The notes under the pieces were generated by a model. That model was not told the DNA's origin, did no database searches, and worked only from the letters and a program-made list of their open reading frames with translations. DNA of 63,371 bases, counting the filler, from Octopus bimaculoides (Eukaryota), in the NCBI RefSeq assembly GCF_001194135.2. It is 4 parts of 4 records of this genome, joined end to end, with 100 filler letters (N's around TTAATTAATTAA, not from the genome) between each part and the next. Parts side by side here need not be neighbours in the genome. Positions count along the whole stretch, not along the records: positions 60,963 to 63,371 come from NC_069001.1; 3 more parts are not named here. One strand, written 5' to 3'. A program made the translations under genes and the position numbers. Positions 63,317 through 63,371 of the stretch are shown in pieces; within the stretch, counting starts at the first letter, position 1; each line of letters begins with the position of its first letter.

Positions 63317-63371
<55 letters not shown>

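Overview
AT-rich, microsatellite-dense eukaryotic DNA with roughly 9-10 kb of N gaps. The repeat content looks cephalopod (Octopus-like); this is inference, not a database result. Almost all long ORFs in the supplied track are microsatellite or gap artefacts. Only one host coding exon is recognisable: a 105-nt ankyrin-repeat exon at 27231-27335 (+), ANKDD1-like. The rest is a pile of decayed mobile elements: two mariner families, a Penelope-like RT, L1/Tx1, RTE and CR1/L2-like LINEs, four R4/Dong-like restriction-endonuclease LINE fragments at (TAA)n repeats, two tRNA-type SINE families, Helitron pieces and fold-back MITEs. The most notable signal is a set of type-I hammerhead ribozyme (HHR) motifs: four different sequences, five copies, all with near-palindromic helix III. 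Two unrelated ones (10127-10211 minus; 53837-53896 and 55291-55350 plus) share the same non-canonical A/A at the base of a long helix II. Two others (4603-4653 plus; 58399-58445 minus) head a shared HHR + hairpin + conserved-tail repeat family, which also forms a ~1.06 kb inverted-repeat structure. No ribozyme activity, expression or orthology can be confirmed from sequence alone.
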